Assembly (NCBI GenBank): GCA_005881615.1
Contig: VBBR01000027.1
Location: 1-53,736 of the forward strand
Source of the DNA: Candidatus Bathyarchaeota archaeon
Lineage (GTDB): Archaea; Thermoproteota; Bathyarchaeia; 40CM-2-53-6
Direction of reading: 5' to 3'
DNA: 53,736 nt
A program made the translations under genes and the position numbers. The notes beneath the pieces were generated by a model, which saw nothing but the letters and a program-made list of their open reading frames with translations, did not search any database and was not told where the DNA came from. Positions 1-8,889 of the stretch are shown piece by piece (position 1 is the first letter of the stretch; each line of letters starts with the position of its first letter).

Positions 1-445
1 TGTTCTGTGTGAGGGTGAAAGAGCGAACCTTGACTCCTGGTCTGGATATGACCTCTAACACGTGCCTGGTTAAGGGTAAGATGAGACGTTTCCCTCTCGA
101 TACCGGAATCTCTAATCCACAATCCTCTATCTTGAAACCGTAACAGGAGACAAGCTGCGGTCTGACAGCGTACGGGGTCCTAGTCGGGTAGCCTCTACGG
201 ACAGACTTGTTCCTGGCCGCTAGTATTCCTGCGGCTCGAGAAATAGCACAGAGCTTGTAGCAGCTGGGAGAATCGTAGCGTGCGAGCTGGTTGTATGAGA
301 GGAGTGAGAGCTTTCTCAGCGATAACGCATCGTTCAACAGACCGATACGCAGGGAATCGTTAACCATCCGTCTGAACAGGTCCAGCAACCGGAGAACATC
401 GGCTGCGGGTACATAGTACTGCCAGACAGACTTGACAGCCAACAC
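1..445 (-). CDS. tnpB: TnpB-like RNA-guided endonuclease (IS200/IS605-family OrfB), N-terminal 148 codons; ORF runs off the left window edge
   Basis: Own reverse-strand translation (absent from ORF track because no stop lies in the window): (V/M)LAVKSVWQYYVPAADVLRLLDLFRRMVNDSLRIGLLNDALSLRKLSLLSYNQLARYDSPSCYKLCAISRAAGILAARNKSVRRGYPTRTPYAVRPQLVSCYGFKIEDCGLEIPVSRGKRLILPLTRHVLEVISRPGVKVRSFTLTQN. No stops. The layout is typical of archaeal OrfB/TnpB N-termini and clearly paralogous to the relic at 7657 (LLDLFRRMVN vs LLDEFRRMVN). GTG start at 445. Confidence 0.65.
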   Translation of the reverse strand, partial: MLAVKSVWQYYVPAADVLRLLDLFRRMVNDSLRIGLLNDALSLRKLSLLSYNQLARYDSPSCYKLCAISRAAGILAARNKSVRRGYPTRTPYAVRPQLVSCYGFKIEDCGLEIPVSRGKRLILPLTRHVLEVISRPGVKVRSFTLTQN

Positions 446-595
446 AATAAACGAGAAGCGCCATCATAGGCATAAGTCAGAGAGGCATCCAACGATAAGT
501 CAACAGAGCCTTCAACCACAAGAATATTAACGTCAAGAACGAGAGCCATCCTTCTCGTAGTTACTAGGACCTGTACAAGAGAGTGCTAGCTAGAA

Positions 596-3139
596 GTGGA
601 GGTTGAACCCGAAGGCTTCCTTGGCGAGATCCGAGCCGGCCTGTCCCGTGAAAGTATAGCCTCTCGCTTCAGGGCTATACGAAAGAATTTTGGCTTGGTC
701 TCTCGGGCTTCATTTCTTCACTATTCCATTCTCTCCCTCACACTCGTCCTAGCTTCACTGGTCCGGCTACTTCCGCTTCGTTGGGGAGCGTACATTTCAG
801 AGTTCGACCCATACTTCAACTTCAACGATATGCGTCAGATCACTGCGAATGGCTGGCCGGCCTGGTTCTCATACGTCAATACTAGTGAGTGGTTCCCGTT
901 TGGGCGGGCTCCGGTCATTACCAGTTACCCAGGCACGAGTTTCACGGGGACTCTGATCTATCAGTTCTTTCAGTCGATCGGTGTGAACATCAGCCTCTAT
1001 GATGCGGCCGTATACAGCCCAATCTTGCTCGGCGCATTTGCTGTTCTTTGCACCTACTTTTTTGCGAAGGACCTGTGGGGAAAGAGCGCAGGCCTGTTCG
1101 CCGCCCTATTTGCAGCATTCAGCTCAAGTCTGATCAGCCGTACGGAACTGGGATTCTTCAGAAACGAGGGGGTCGGAGTCCCTACCATGATTCTTACCTT
1201 TCTCTTCTTCATGCGGGCAGTTACTCCTGGAAGGAGTCTAAAGAGCACTGTCATCTACGCTATGATGTCGAGCATTAGTCTCATCTACATGTCGTTCTCC
1301 TGGGGCAGTTTCCGTTATGCAGCCGAGGTGCTCGGATTGTTCGCTTTGGCGCTAGTAGTGTTACGACGGTACACTCCACGCCTCTTCCTCGCCTACGGGA
1401 TTACTATGGGCTTCATGCTGTACATTGGGACCGAAATCCCGCTGCTTGGACACGAGTTTCTGACTGAGAGCACTACAATCGCGTTGCTAGGGGTCATGGG
1501 CCTTCTCATAGTAATGGAACTTGCTAGGCTGGCGCCATCTACGAGAGGAAGGTTCAGCATCCTTGGCGTAACAGTCGTGTCTTCGGCCGCGATCCTGTTC
1601 GGGCTGATAAGCACCAAGGTCATCTCGGGTTCACTCCTCCAAGGAAAATTCCTCGCTACCGTTGACCCGTTCGTTCGCAACAATATTCCACTTGTGGCAT
1701 CCGTCGCTGAGAACCGGCCTTCCACCTGGGCGAGTTTGTACCTTGAACTTGGCAGCTTGATAATTTTGGCAGTTTTCGGCTTCTTCTTCGCATTCCAACG
1801 GTTGCGCGAGGGAGATGTTCTTTTGATAATCTTCGGCGTTACCGGGTTCTACTTCGCCGCGAGCCTGGTCCGGTTAACCCTGCTGCTAGCGCCTGTGATG
1901 GCGACGCTGGCGGCAATTACTGTGGTTGAGCTGGGCAAACCTGCGATGGATATTATTCAGCAGGCGGTTATCTTTCCTCGGCGAAAGCTCCGCTTTACGA
2001 GCAGAGTGAGCCGTGAGTTCAGTCTCGGCATTTTGCTGATCATTCTAGTTCTTGTAACTCCCACCTTCATCAATGCTGTCCAATCGGCTTATACTCCGAC
2101 GACCATCGCCTCTGCCAGCCTGCCCGTCCGGGCGCCGGTGCCTGATTGGCTTGAAGCTCTATCCTGGATGAACAACAATCTGCCGCAGTCAAGTGTCGTT
2201 TTCGCATGGTGGGACTATGGCTACTGGATCACCGTGAACACGGGGCTGCGTACCCTTTCGGATAACGGGACTGGGAACACCACGGCGATTCAGGACATCG
2301 CTACTGGTTTCATGTTGAACGAATCCCTTGCTGTCCAGATAATGCGACAAGAAAAGGTCACCCATGTGGCTATCTTCATCAGCTACAACCGTGGGCTATG
2401 CGGCTCGAACGGTCCGCCTTTCTGCGGCTTCGGGGATGACAGCAAATGGTACTGGATGGTCAGGATAGGCAACAATACTTCCATCAATACTCCGATGGGG
2501 GTTGCCAAAGTAAGTTACCGCCAAGTAATCACGAGTGCCTCGACCGGCACGTCAGAGTACCACAGAATCGTGACCATTGGTAACCAGACCACCGATGAGA
2601 GAATTACAAGCAATATCGGGACGTCTCCTAACTTTGTCCAGATTCCAACCAGCAATACTGTTCTTGGGCTACTAATGCGGAGCAGCTATCCAGGAGGGCT
2701 GCCAACTGATAGGAACGATACGGGACCTCCCACGCCCCACTTTTTCGTCCAAGACTTCGCCTCCTCATCCTCATACGTTCTTGTTTACTCATTAAAATAT
2801 CCGGACCAACCACTGATGACAGCCCAGCTTACCCCGGCCATTGTCAAGCCCACGGGTGGAAGCACTACCATCACCGGAACGCTTTCGACCTCGACAGGTA
2901 AACCAATTGACACCACGACCGACAAGATTCCGGTTATTCTGGAATACTCAGCTAACACTGGAACCAGTTGGAATTTCATAGCAAACGTAAATGCCACTGC
3001 GGGTCACTTTAGCTATAACTGGACTACCAATCTGCCTACTGGCCAGCAATACGTTCTGGTCCGGGCAAGGTGGCAGGGTGATCCGGCTCAGCTTTTGGAC
3101 ATCGCGCTCACGATGCCTCAGCCTCTGAGTTTCATGTAA
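596..3139 (+). CDS. aglB: Archaeal oligosaccharyltransferase AglB (STT3 family)
   Basis: 847-aa ORF with a multi-TM N-terminal half, the diagnostic WWDYGYW motif (FAWWDYGYWITV) and a soluble C-terminal domain. Confidence 0.9.
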   Translation: MEVEPEGFLGEIRAGLSRESIASRFRAIRKNFGLVSRASFLHYSILSLTLVLASLVRLLPLRWGAYISEFDPYFNFNDMRQITANGWPAWFSYVNTSEWFPFGRAPVITSYPGTSFTGTLIYQFFQSIGVNISLYDAAVYSPILLGAFAVLCTYFFAKDLWGKSAGLFAALFAAFSSSLISRTELGFFRNEGVGVPTMILTFLFFMRAVTPGRSLKSTVIYAMMSSISLIYMSFSWGSFRYAAEVLGLFALALVVLRRYTPRLFLAYGITMGFMLYIGTEIPLLGHEFLTESTTIALLGVMGLLIVMELARLAPSTRGRFSILGVTVVSSAAILFGLISTKVISGSLLQGKFLATVDPFVRNNIPLVASVAENRPSTWASLYLELGSLIILAVFGFFFAFQRLREGDVLLIIFGVTGFYFAASLVRLTLLLAPVMATLAAITVVELGKPAMDIIQQAVIFPRRKLRFTSRVSREFSLGILLIILVLVTPTFINAVQSAYTPTTIASASLPVRAPVPDWLEALSWMNNNLPQSSVVFAWWDYGYWITVNTGLRTLSDNGTGNTTAIQDIATGFMLNESLAVQIMRQEKVTHVAIFISYNRGLCGSNGPPFCGFGDDSKWYWMVRIGNNTSINTPMGVAKVSYRQVITSASTGTSEYHRIVTIGNQTTDERITSNIGTSPNFVQIPTSNTVLGLLMRSSYPGGLPTDRNDTGPPTPHFFVQDFASSSSYVLVYSLKYPDQPLMTAQLTPAIVKPTGGSTTITGTLSTSTGKPIDTTTDKIPVILEYSANTGTSWNFIANVNATAGHFSYNWTTNLPTGQQYVLVRARWQGDPAQLLDIALTMPQPLSFM

Positions 3140-3159
3140 GAGAATTCTCTAGACTTCTG

Positions 3160-3190
3160 AGGGTCCGCTGGACCCTTCCATTCTTTGTCG
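3160..3190 (+). terminator. Putative terminator hairpin after aglB
   Basis: AGGGTCC-gct-GGACCCT 7-bp stem about 20 nt after the aglB stop, followed by T-rich tccattctttgt. Confidence 0.35.
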
Positions 3191-3312
3191 AGCGTACTTG
3201 TCGTCTGGCGAGAACTTTGGCGGGTGAGGACTTCTAGTGAGAGTCCCGCAAGCTGGACATGCCTCTTTGAGGGTGTATCTCGAACATTTCGGGCATCGCC
3301 TCATCAGCCATT

Positions 3313-4104
3313 TCATCCAAGCTTCCTTCCCTCACCGCCAGCCTTCTTGATTGTCCCTAGAGCCTCTTCCACGGCTAAGCTGAGGGTTTTCTCGGCTGCC
3401 TCAAAGCTTGAGGCTTCCACCTCTATCCTGTACCTGGGGGAGCCAATCGAGTAGATTTTTACCTCGCTGCCCCGGGGCTTGCGAATCTTCTTAGCGCTCA
3501 TCAGGGCTTGCTTGATTATCTCGACGCCCCCTGGTTTGTGGCATGTTATTGCAACGGTTCCTCGCACCTTTGACCTCTCGAGTCGGATTTTGCTTTTTGT
3601 GACCTCGGTGATTGCTTGGGCCCATTCCTCAGAGAGACCGACCTTCACGAGAACTTCAGGACCCTCGTCCAGGGCTTCTTCGAGCGGAGAGTAGAGTCCG
3701 CCGAACTTGTCTAGGAGAATTTTCTTGATATCCTCAGCGTCTTCGGCCGACTTTTTCAGCTTATCAGCAGCGCTCGTCAAGATCGCTTCGGCTTTTCGCT
3801 CCTTCTTCCATTCCAGCATCTTCTCCGATTTCTCCCTCCCTGTTACCCTTCTGAGGGAGAGATCGATCTGGTTGCGCTGAGAGCTTACTCGGAGGACTTT
3901 CAGAACCAGTTTCTGGCCTTGTCGCGCGTGTTCCCTGATATTCCGGACCCACGTGGTGGATATCTCGGAAATGTGAACAAGACCTTCGACCCCGCTGAAC
4001 TCATCGAGCTTCACGTATGCGCCGTAGTCTTCGACTCTGGTTACTGTTGCAACGACCAGGTCGCCGACTTCCGGCATTAGCGCTTGTGAAGCCTGGCTAC
4101 TCAA
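3313..4104 (-). CDS. eif2a: Translation initiation factor 2 alpha subunit (aIF2-alpha)
   Basis: 263 aa. N-terminal S1 fold (GDLVVATVTRVEDYGAYVKLDEF..GLVHISEIS). Conserved archaeal linkage with S27e and L44e. Confidence 0.9.
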   Translation of the reverse strand: MSSQASQALMPEVGDLVVATVTRVEDYGAYVKLDEFSGVEGLVHISEISTTWVRNIREHARQGQKLVLKVLRVSSQRNQIDLSLRRVTGREKSEKMLEWKKERKAEAILTSAADKLKKSAEDAEDIKKILLDKFGGLYSPLEEALDEGPEVLVKVGLSEEWAQAITEVTKSKIRLERSKVRGTVAITCHKPGGVEIIKQALMSAKKIRKPRGSEVKIYSIGSPRYRIEVEASSFEAAEKTLSLAVEEALGTIKKAGGEGRKLG

Positions 4105-4125
4105 CTCGATTCTTCCCAGTTCCCT

Positions 4126-4317
4126 CTAGGCGAGGGGCTGTAATATTTCTCCTCTGATCTCTGCCTTTCCACCCGTTGGTTGGGCTAGAAGCTCATCGCA
4201 TACGGTACATTTCACGTAATTGCTAGTTCTTTCGAAGATTACCTGTTCATTCGCGCACTTTGGGCATTTGACCTTTAGGAATATGCTCCGGGGTTTTGGA
4301 ATTAGTTCCCATCGCAA
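4126..4317 (-). CDS. rps27e: 30S ribosomal protein S27e
   Basis: 63 aa with a C4 zinc ribbon, CPKC...CTVC. Confidence 0.9.
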   Translation of the reverse strand: MRWELIPKPRSIFLKVKCPKCANEQVIFERTSNYVKCTVCDELLAQPTGGKAEIRGEILQPLA

Positions 4318-4320
4318 GGG

Positions 4321-4656
4321 TTAGTTAGAAACCTCCAGTTTTCTCAGCCTGATGCCGAGCCGCTCGATCGTATAGTTGCAGGTTCGACATTTCAGTTTGA
4401 CAAGTGCTTTCTTGGTTGTTTTGGCAGTGCGTTTCAGCTCGGGGAATTTCTGTCCGCCGTAGCCGTGTTTTCGTCTTTCTTGTCGTCTGGCTCCCCACGA
4501 TAGGGTCCGCTGTTTGCCCGCTTTGTAGACTGCGACGGCATGGGCGGTGTGATGTTTGCATTTGGGGCAGTAGGTGTTGATCTCTTTGGGATACTTCGTT
4601 TTTCTTTCACCGTGGGGGGAAGGCTGGTTTGGGGGCGGAGGGGTTCTTTTATCCAT
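4321..4656 (-). CDS. rpl44e: 50S ribosomal protein L44e (eL42)
   Basis: 111 aa. YCPKCKHHTAH ... KCRTCNY zinc ribbon and basic core. Pro-rich N-terminal extension. Confidence 0.9.
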   Translation of the reverse strand: MDKRTPPPPNQPSPHGERKTKYPKEINTYCPKCKHHTAHAVAVYKAGKQRTLSWGARRQERRKHGYGGQKFPELKRTAKTTKKALVKLKCRTCNYTIERLGIRLRKLEVSN

Positions 4657-5203
4657 TATCCCCGTGGCTTGGTCTTATCTCGACCGCTGTGCCTTGTCGT
4701 ATTAGGCTCTCAGCATTCTCGTACGGAAGGACTGCAATGTCTTCTTTGATGAATGGTCCGTGAGTTTTCAGGTCGACGCCTATGATAGAGGGCATTTCTT
4801 TGACGAATCGAAGTAGTAGGGTGTCCTTCTTTTTCTCTGGAGAGTTAGAGGGTTCTATTCCCTGAGCTGTGTCTTCCTTGAACTTTCTATAGTGGCGGGC
4901 AAGAGTGGAGAGTTCTTCCTGAGTCCACTTCTCGGATGAGTGGGCCGTGACTTGGGTGTTTGTCTGGGATGCATGCCAGATTTTCGCGAGTCTCCGGTCG
5001 ATGAGCTCGACCGCTAGTCGTTCTATACGCTTTGTTTCTTCTTCGAGAAGTCTGGCTTTGAGGGATCGTTGGTCTAGATTTCTCTGAGCTTCCTTCAATC
5101 TTCTAACATATGCTGCTACGTCTCGAAAGAACTCGGGCCTGAGTTCCTGTAGTTCGGGGCTGTGGAACTCTCGTCGCCATGCTTCAATGGTCTCATCGTA
5201 GAT
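4649..5203 (-). CDS. GINS subunit (Gins51/Gins15 type); the 5' end is uncertain because no canonical start precedes the conserved N-terminus
   Basis: C-terminal segment LRFVKEMPSIIGVDLKTHGPFIKEDIAVLPYENAESLIRQGTAVEI matches the GINS B-domain pattern. The in-frame upstream extension (IYDETIEAWRREFHSPELQELRPEFFRDVAAYVRR) matches the GINS A-domain start. Sits in an operon with priS, as in other archaea. The ORF track starts at a TTG at 5098. Confidence 0.6.
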   Translation of the reverse strand: MYDETIEAWRREFHSPELQELRPEFFRDVAAYVRRLKEAQRNLDQRSLKARLLEEETKRIERLAVELIDRRLAKIWHASQTNTQVTAHSSEKWTQEELSTLARHYRKFKEDTAQGIEPSNSPEKKKDTLLLRFVKEMPSIIGVDLKTHGPFIKEDIAVLPYENAESLIRQGTAVEIRPSHGDNG

Positions 5204-5277
5204 AGTGGCCGTGGCACAGCATCTCTCTTTAAGATAGAGCTAGCTTATTGACGGGCTAATAATATCTTGATAGTAGT

Positions 5278-6492
5278 TTAGGCGGTGGGTTCTGCTCGGT
5301 GCTTACAGAGAAGGAGCATGCCGGCGGCAGATGGCAACTCGACGATTTCGTTGCGATAGGGGCCGAACCGTTCTTCCCCGAGTCTAAAGCTTGGTGACTC
5401 CAGGACCTTGACCTTTATTTGACCCTGGAACGCTAAAGGTTCTGTGAACGGGTCGAACTCGTCGAGTCTTTCTTCGGGAACTTTCATCGCCATCAATCCT
5501 GTGTGGCCGTTGAGGGTTCCGGGCATTCTGATTAGTCTGTGTATATCCGTTGTCACGACCGAGTCTATCTCTGCCGATTTTTTCTCGACGGCCTTTGACA
5601 CCAGGGTCTTCCATGTGGACATTCCGACACCTTTCACGGAACCCCAGAATGGTTTCCTAAGCAGGTCTTCCCTGTCCCAGGACTTCAGGGCGCTGACCTG
5701 CGTCGAGGTCAGGCCTATCTGGTCGATCTCGCTTCCGAGAATATCATAGATTCCTGCAACGATTCGTCCTCTCCAACCCGGCTGACCCATTAGCGGGCCT
5801 TCTGCTACCCTCGTCCCGCCGACACTGGTCTCCTCTAGTTCGTGAAGTTGTGGATCCAATCCCTGAGCCAGGAGATAGTCTGCTATTTCCCTGCGTTCTT
5901 CTTCTCCGAGCTGTGAGGTTTGCTTGGAGTAAACGTGAACGTGGTATCCACGATGTCCTGAGAAGAATAGTCTCGTATTTTCATGGTCTACTCCTAGATC
6001 TGTGTAGAGCATCTCGAGTAGCTTTGCGGTCTCCTCTTTCGCCTGTTGGAGGCATCTATCGCAGAGCCATGTCTGTTCTTCCATTCTGTCATTCTTGCAT
6101 TTTGGGCAGAGCTTTGGAGCTCCTCCCTTTCCTGCTGTGCCGCAGGCTTTGCATTTCCAGCTGTCATGGTCCGGTTTGCATGGTGTGTCGAGATGGTCTG
6201 CGTCAATATCGAAGACGAGATCGGCGCCTGTCCATCCTTTCTCTTCCATCGGTGCAGTGGGTTCGCGATAGTATGCGGTGGAGAAGTAGACATGCAATGG
6301 GACGAGGTCTCTGATAGCTCTAAGGAGTGATCCGGAGTCTTTGAACGAGCGGTGCCTAACCATGAACTTCCCGTTGAAGAGCAGGAATCCGTATTCTCTC
6401 TCAGCGGGGCTTGGAGGCGGGTCCAGCTGTCTTTTCGGGTCGAGGTAGTATTGTTGGAATTTCTGTCTGATGGCTTGTTCAGCTGGGTTCAC
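5278..6492 (-). CDS. priS: DNA primase small (catalytic) subunit PriS
   Basis: 404 aa. Catalytic LVFDIDADH motif, a Zn-knuckle (CKACG..CPKC..CDRC) and SGHRGYHVHV. Confidence 0.9.
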   Translation of the reverse strand: MNPAEQAIRQKFQQYYLDPKRQLDPPPSPAEREYGFLLFNGKFMVRHRSFKDSGSLLRAIRDLVPLHVYFSTAYYREPTAPMEEKGWTGADLVFDIDADHLDTPCKPDHDSWKCKACGTAGKGGAPKLCPKCKNDRMEEQTWLCDRCLQQAKEETAKLLEMLYTDLGVDHENTRLFFSGHRGYHVHVYSKQTSQLGEEERREIADYLLAQGLDPQLHELEETSVGGTRVAEGPLMGQPGWRGRIVAGIYDILGSEIDQIGLTSTQVSALKSWDREDLLRKPFWGSVKGVGMSTWKTLVSKAVEKKSAEIDSVVTTDIHRLIRMPGTLNGHTGLMAMKVPEERLDEFDPFTEPLAFQGQIKVKVLESPSFRLGEERFGPYRNEIVELPSAAGMLLLCKHRAEPTA

Positions 6493-7549
6493 GACTAGGC
6501 CCCCGTCCGGTCAATACTCTAGCCTTTTGCTTGTAGTAGCTCAATGGGTTTCGGATCGTCTCGCAGATCTTGTCCGGCTTGTAACAGACTCCGTGTGTCT
6601 TGAGGGTCGTGCACATGGGGCAGGTGTACTTTGTTCTTCCACCTCTCTTGCCGGCGATGTGCTCGACCTGGTAGCGGGTCATTCTCTCTGAAAAGTCGCT
6701 GGCAGGCTTGAATGTCTTGACGATCTCCTCTTCTCCCGCCCCGATATTGACAAGGAATGATGCAAGGGTGAATCGGCCCATATGTTGCACATTCTTCCCC
6801 TCCGCAAGATTGTCTATGAGATGTCTGACACATGGAGGCATTGCCTCTGGCGTGGGTACTTGTGGAAGTTCGTAGTGGGATGGGATGCCTAGCCACTTGG
6901 TGATGAGTCCTCGGGTCCGCTCGACTCTCGGCTGCAAAAGCTTCGGTACTTCGCCGGGAAGCTTTCCGGTCCTGTCCACTATTCGCGTCCTGACTTCTTC
7001 TTCGAGCAGACGGGCCAGTTCCTCTCGAGTCGCGTAGACCTGGCCGTGATCGAGAATTCTGTTCGGCAGTTTCCATCGCGGTTCTTTGAGATGAACCGAA
7101 TTCCTGAGATAATCGGCGAGTGAGACGGCAAAATCGTAGAATATTTTTCCGGGTTGGGCGTCGATTTTCTTTAGCTTCCAGCCGAAGGTCGTTCGGGCGA
7201 TATAGTCTAGTTTCTCTGGGCTTTCCTGTCGGAGCAGCTCGTACGCCCTCTTAGCTTCCGCGAGCGCGAATCGTCTCTGCGCTCTCTCCTCCCCTGTAAG
7301 ACTGAGGATTAGGTTGGAGACTGGGAACGAGAGGATCTCGGCGTTTTCGTTTCCGAACTCGTTCGAGACTCTTCCCTTTGAGAGCGCTTCTTCCAACCTT
7401 TTTTCTGCTCTCTCTAGGACTGGGCTAAAGTCTGGTGTTGCGATGTCTTCGATAGAAATTCCTAGTTCTTTGATGTAGTCGGAGGCTTCGTTGAGGAAGG
7501 GGTACTTGGCTAGGTCAGCCCTTGTTAACATTAGATTCGGCTCTGTCAA
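6479..7549 (-). CDS. priL: DNA primase large subunit PriL
   Basis: 356 aa. C-terminal Fe-S domain cysteines (PPCVRHL ... YTCPMCTTLKTHGVCYKPDKIC). Overlaps priS by 14 nt. Confidence 0.85.
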   Translation of the reverse strand: MTEPNLMLTRADLAKYPFLNEASDYIKELGISIEDIATPDFSPVLERAEKRLEEALSKGRVSNEFGNENAEILSFPVSNLILSLTGEERAQRRFALAEAKRAYELLRQESPEKLDYIARTTFGWKLKKIDAQPGKIFYDFAVSLADYLRNSVHLKEPRWKLPNRILDHGQVYATREELARLLEEEVRTRIVDRTGKLPGEVPKLLQPRVERTRGLITKWLGIPSHYELPQVPTPEAMPPCVRHLIDNLAEGKNVQHMGRFTLASFLVNIGAGEEEIVKTFKPASDFSERMTRYQVEHIAGKRGGRTKYTCPMCTTLKTHGVCYKPDKICETIRNPLSYYKQKARVLTGRGPSREPS

Positions 7550-7656
7550 CCTTGCGGGTGATGCGACCGCATATTAACTGTCGGGTGCTTCGGTCCTATT
7601 CGCGCTCCTCTATCGATTATCAGTCGGAGCTCGGACTCTAGTGAGGAACCCCGCGA

Positions 7657-8074
7657 TTGCTATCAATCAAGTCGGTCAGACAGAAGCATCAGGCTTCGGA
7701 CGATCTCCTTTGGCTATTAGATGAGTTCAGACGCATGGTAAACGTCTGCATCGCAATCGGGATAGAAGAGAACATTTCGAGTCTCAAGACTCTCTCATCG
7801 GCATCGTATGCCCGTCTCAGCCGTGACATCCTCGGCTACTAAGACTACGGTGTCCCAGATGCGGAACGTTCCTAGACAGGGATGAAAACGCGGCAAGGAA
7901 CATTGCCGCGGGAGGGCTGAGGTTCAGCCCCAACGGGCCTCCAGGTGAAGCAATGGTAGAAGAACGGGAACCGGAGAACGCGACCCCAATCCTCAAAGTC
8001 GATGGAGACAAGTTGAGTCTTCAACAACGACCCACGACTAGAAGAATTTCAACCGACGAAGAGTCAACAGAACC
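7657..8074 (+). pseudogene. tnpB: Internally deleted tnpB (IS200/IS605 OrfB) relic: N-terminal 61 codons fused out of frame to the C-terminal Zn-finger/RuvC-III segment and 3' end region
   Basis: ORF 7657-7842 (MLSIKSVRQ..LLDEFRRMVNVCIAIG) is paralogous to the tnpB start at 445. From 7845 another frame reads LRCPRCGTFLDRDENAARNIAAGGLRFSPNGPPGEAMVEEREPENATPILKVDGDKLSLQQ, the CxxC...DRDxNAAxNI end of TnpB. About 300 codons in between are missing. Confidence 0.7.
8012..8068 (+). ncRNA. Possible omega-RNA/right-end structure of the tnpB relic
   Basis: GTTGAGTCTTC (8012-8022) pairs 10/11 with GAAGAGTCAAC (8058-8068). A local GTTGA-gtct-TCAAC hairpin is an alternative. It lies where TnpB elements encode the omega-RNA scaffold. 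Structure was inferred by eye only. Confidence 0.3.
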
Positions 8075-8830
8075 TTATTCGGCTTCTATTCTTGGGGCGA
8101 GATAATAAAGAAGCCTTCCTTGCTGGGGCATTTCGAACTCGACTTTGATTGGCATGTTGGTCGAGAACTCGAGAGATGTGACTTCTGAGGCTCCTGAGCC
8201 TGCTCGTATTATCTCTCCGAGATAGTTCAGGTTGTAGGTTGCCTTCGCCGGTTCCTTCACATCAAGTTCGAGTATGGCATCGCTTCCCTTGTCCAGTTCT
8301 ATCAGCGCGCTAGTCAGCTCGCCTGTTGCCCTGACGACGAATTTTTCCTGGCTTACTTCGAACTTGACGTTGTCGCTTATGGACTGTGCGTCATCGATAA
8401 TGTCTCGCAGGCTTGCTGCTGTGATCTTGACTCTCGCGTTGAATGGGACTTTCGGTGTAGGAACTTCTTCGGTGGAAGGTTCGAGCGTTGGTGTTATGAA
8501 TTTCCTTACGATGCTGCCTTTGAGGGTGATGTTAAGCTTCTTGTTCGCATCATCATAAACGACCTCAATAGATTCATCGCTCTTCGTCCTCTTCAATAGT
8601 TTGAGGAGGTTTGAGACGCTGAGGCGCAGTTTGGTTGGAGCGGTGCACTCGTATGTGTCGAAGGCCGTTTTGGGCCATTCGAAGTCGACCATGGCTATGT
8701 GGGATGGATCCATGGAGCGCAATTTGATCCCGTCCGGAGAGGCGTTGAAGTCGGCTTCTTCGATCAGGCTTGATATTGCTCCGATTAGATTGCGGAAGAG
8801 CCGGGCGTCGTTCATGGTGGCTTTGAACAT
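8075..8830 (-). CDS. pcn: DNA polymerase sliding clamp PCNA
   Basis: MFKATMNDARLFRNLIGAISSLIEEADFNASPDGIKLRSMDPSHIAMVDFEW is a typical PCNA N-terminus and gives about 251 aa. The ORF track starts 33 codons upstream at 8929, which would overlap tfs by 40 nt. Confidence 0.85.
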   Translation of the reverse strand: MFKATMNDARLFRNLIGAISSLIEEADFNASPDGIKLRSMDPSHIAMVDFEWPKTAFDTYECTAPTKLRLSVSNLLKLLKRTKSDESIEVVYDDANKKLNITLKGSIVRKFITPTLEPSTEEVPTPKVPFNARVKITAASLRDIIDDAQSISDNVKFEVSQEKFVVRATGELTSALIELDKGSDAILELDVKEPAKATYNLNYLGEIIRAGSGASEVTSLEFSTNMPIKVEFEMPQQGRLLYYLAPRIEAE

Positions 8831-8889
8831 GGGGTTTGCCGGCTTCTCCTTTTTGGCCGATGTTTCGGCTATTGAGCTTTCTAGCAATT

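Noticed and set aside
334-549. 71-aa ORF starting MALVLDVNILV, which looks superficially like a PIN/VapC N-terminus
   Set aside because: It overlaps the tnpB N-terminus and leader out of frame on the same strand. It has none of the later PIN acidic residues, and its remainder is low-complexity Cys/Trp/Ser sequence.
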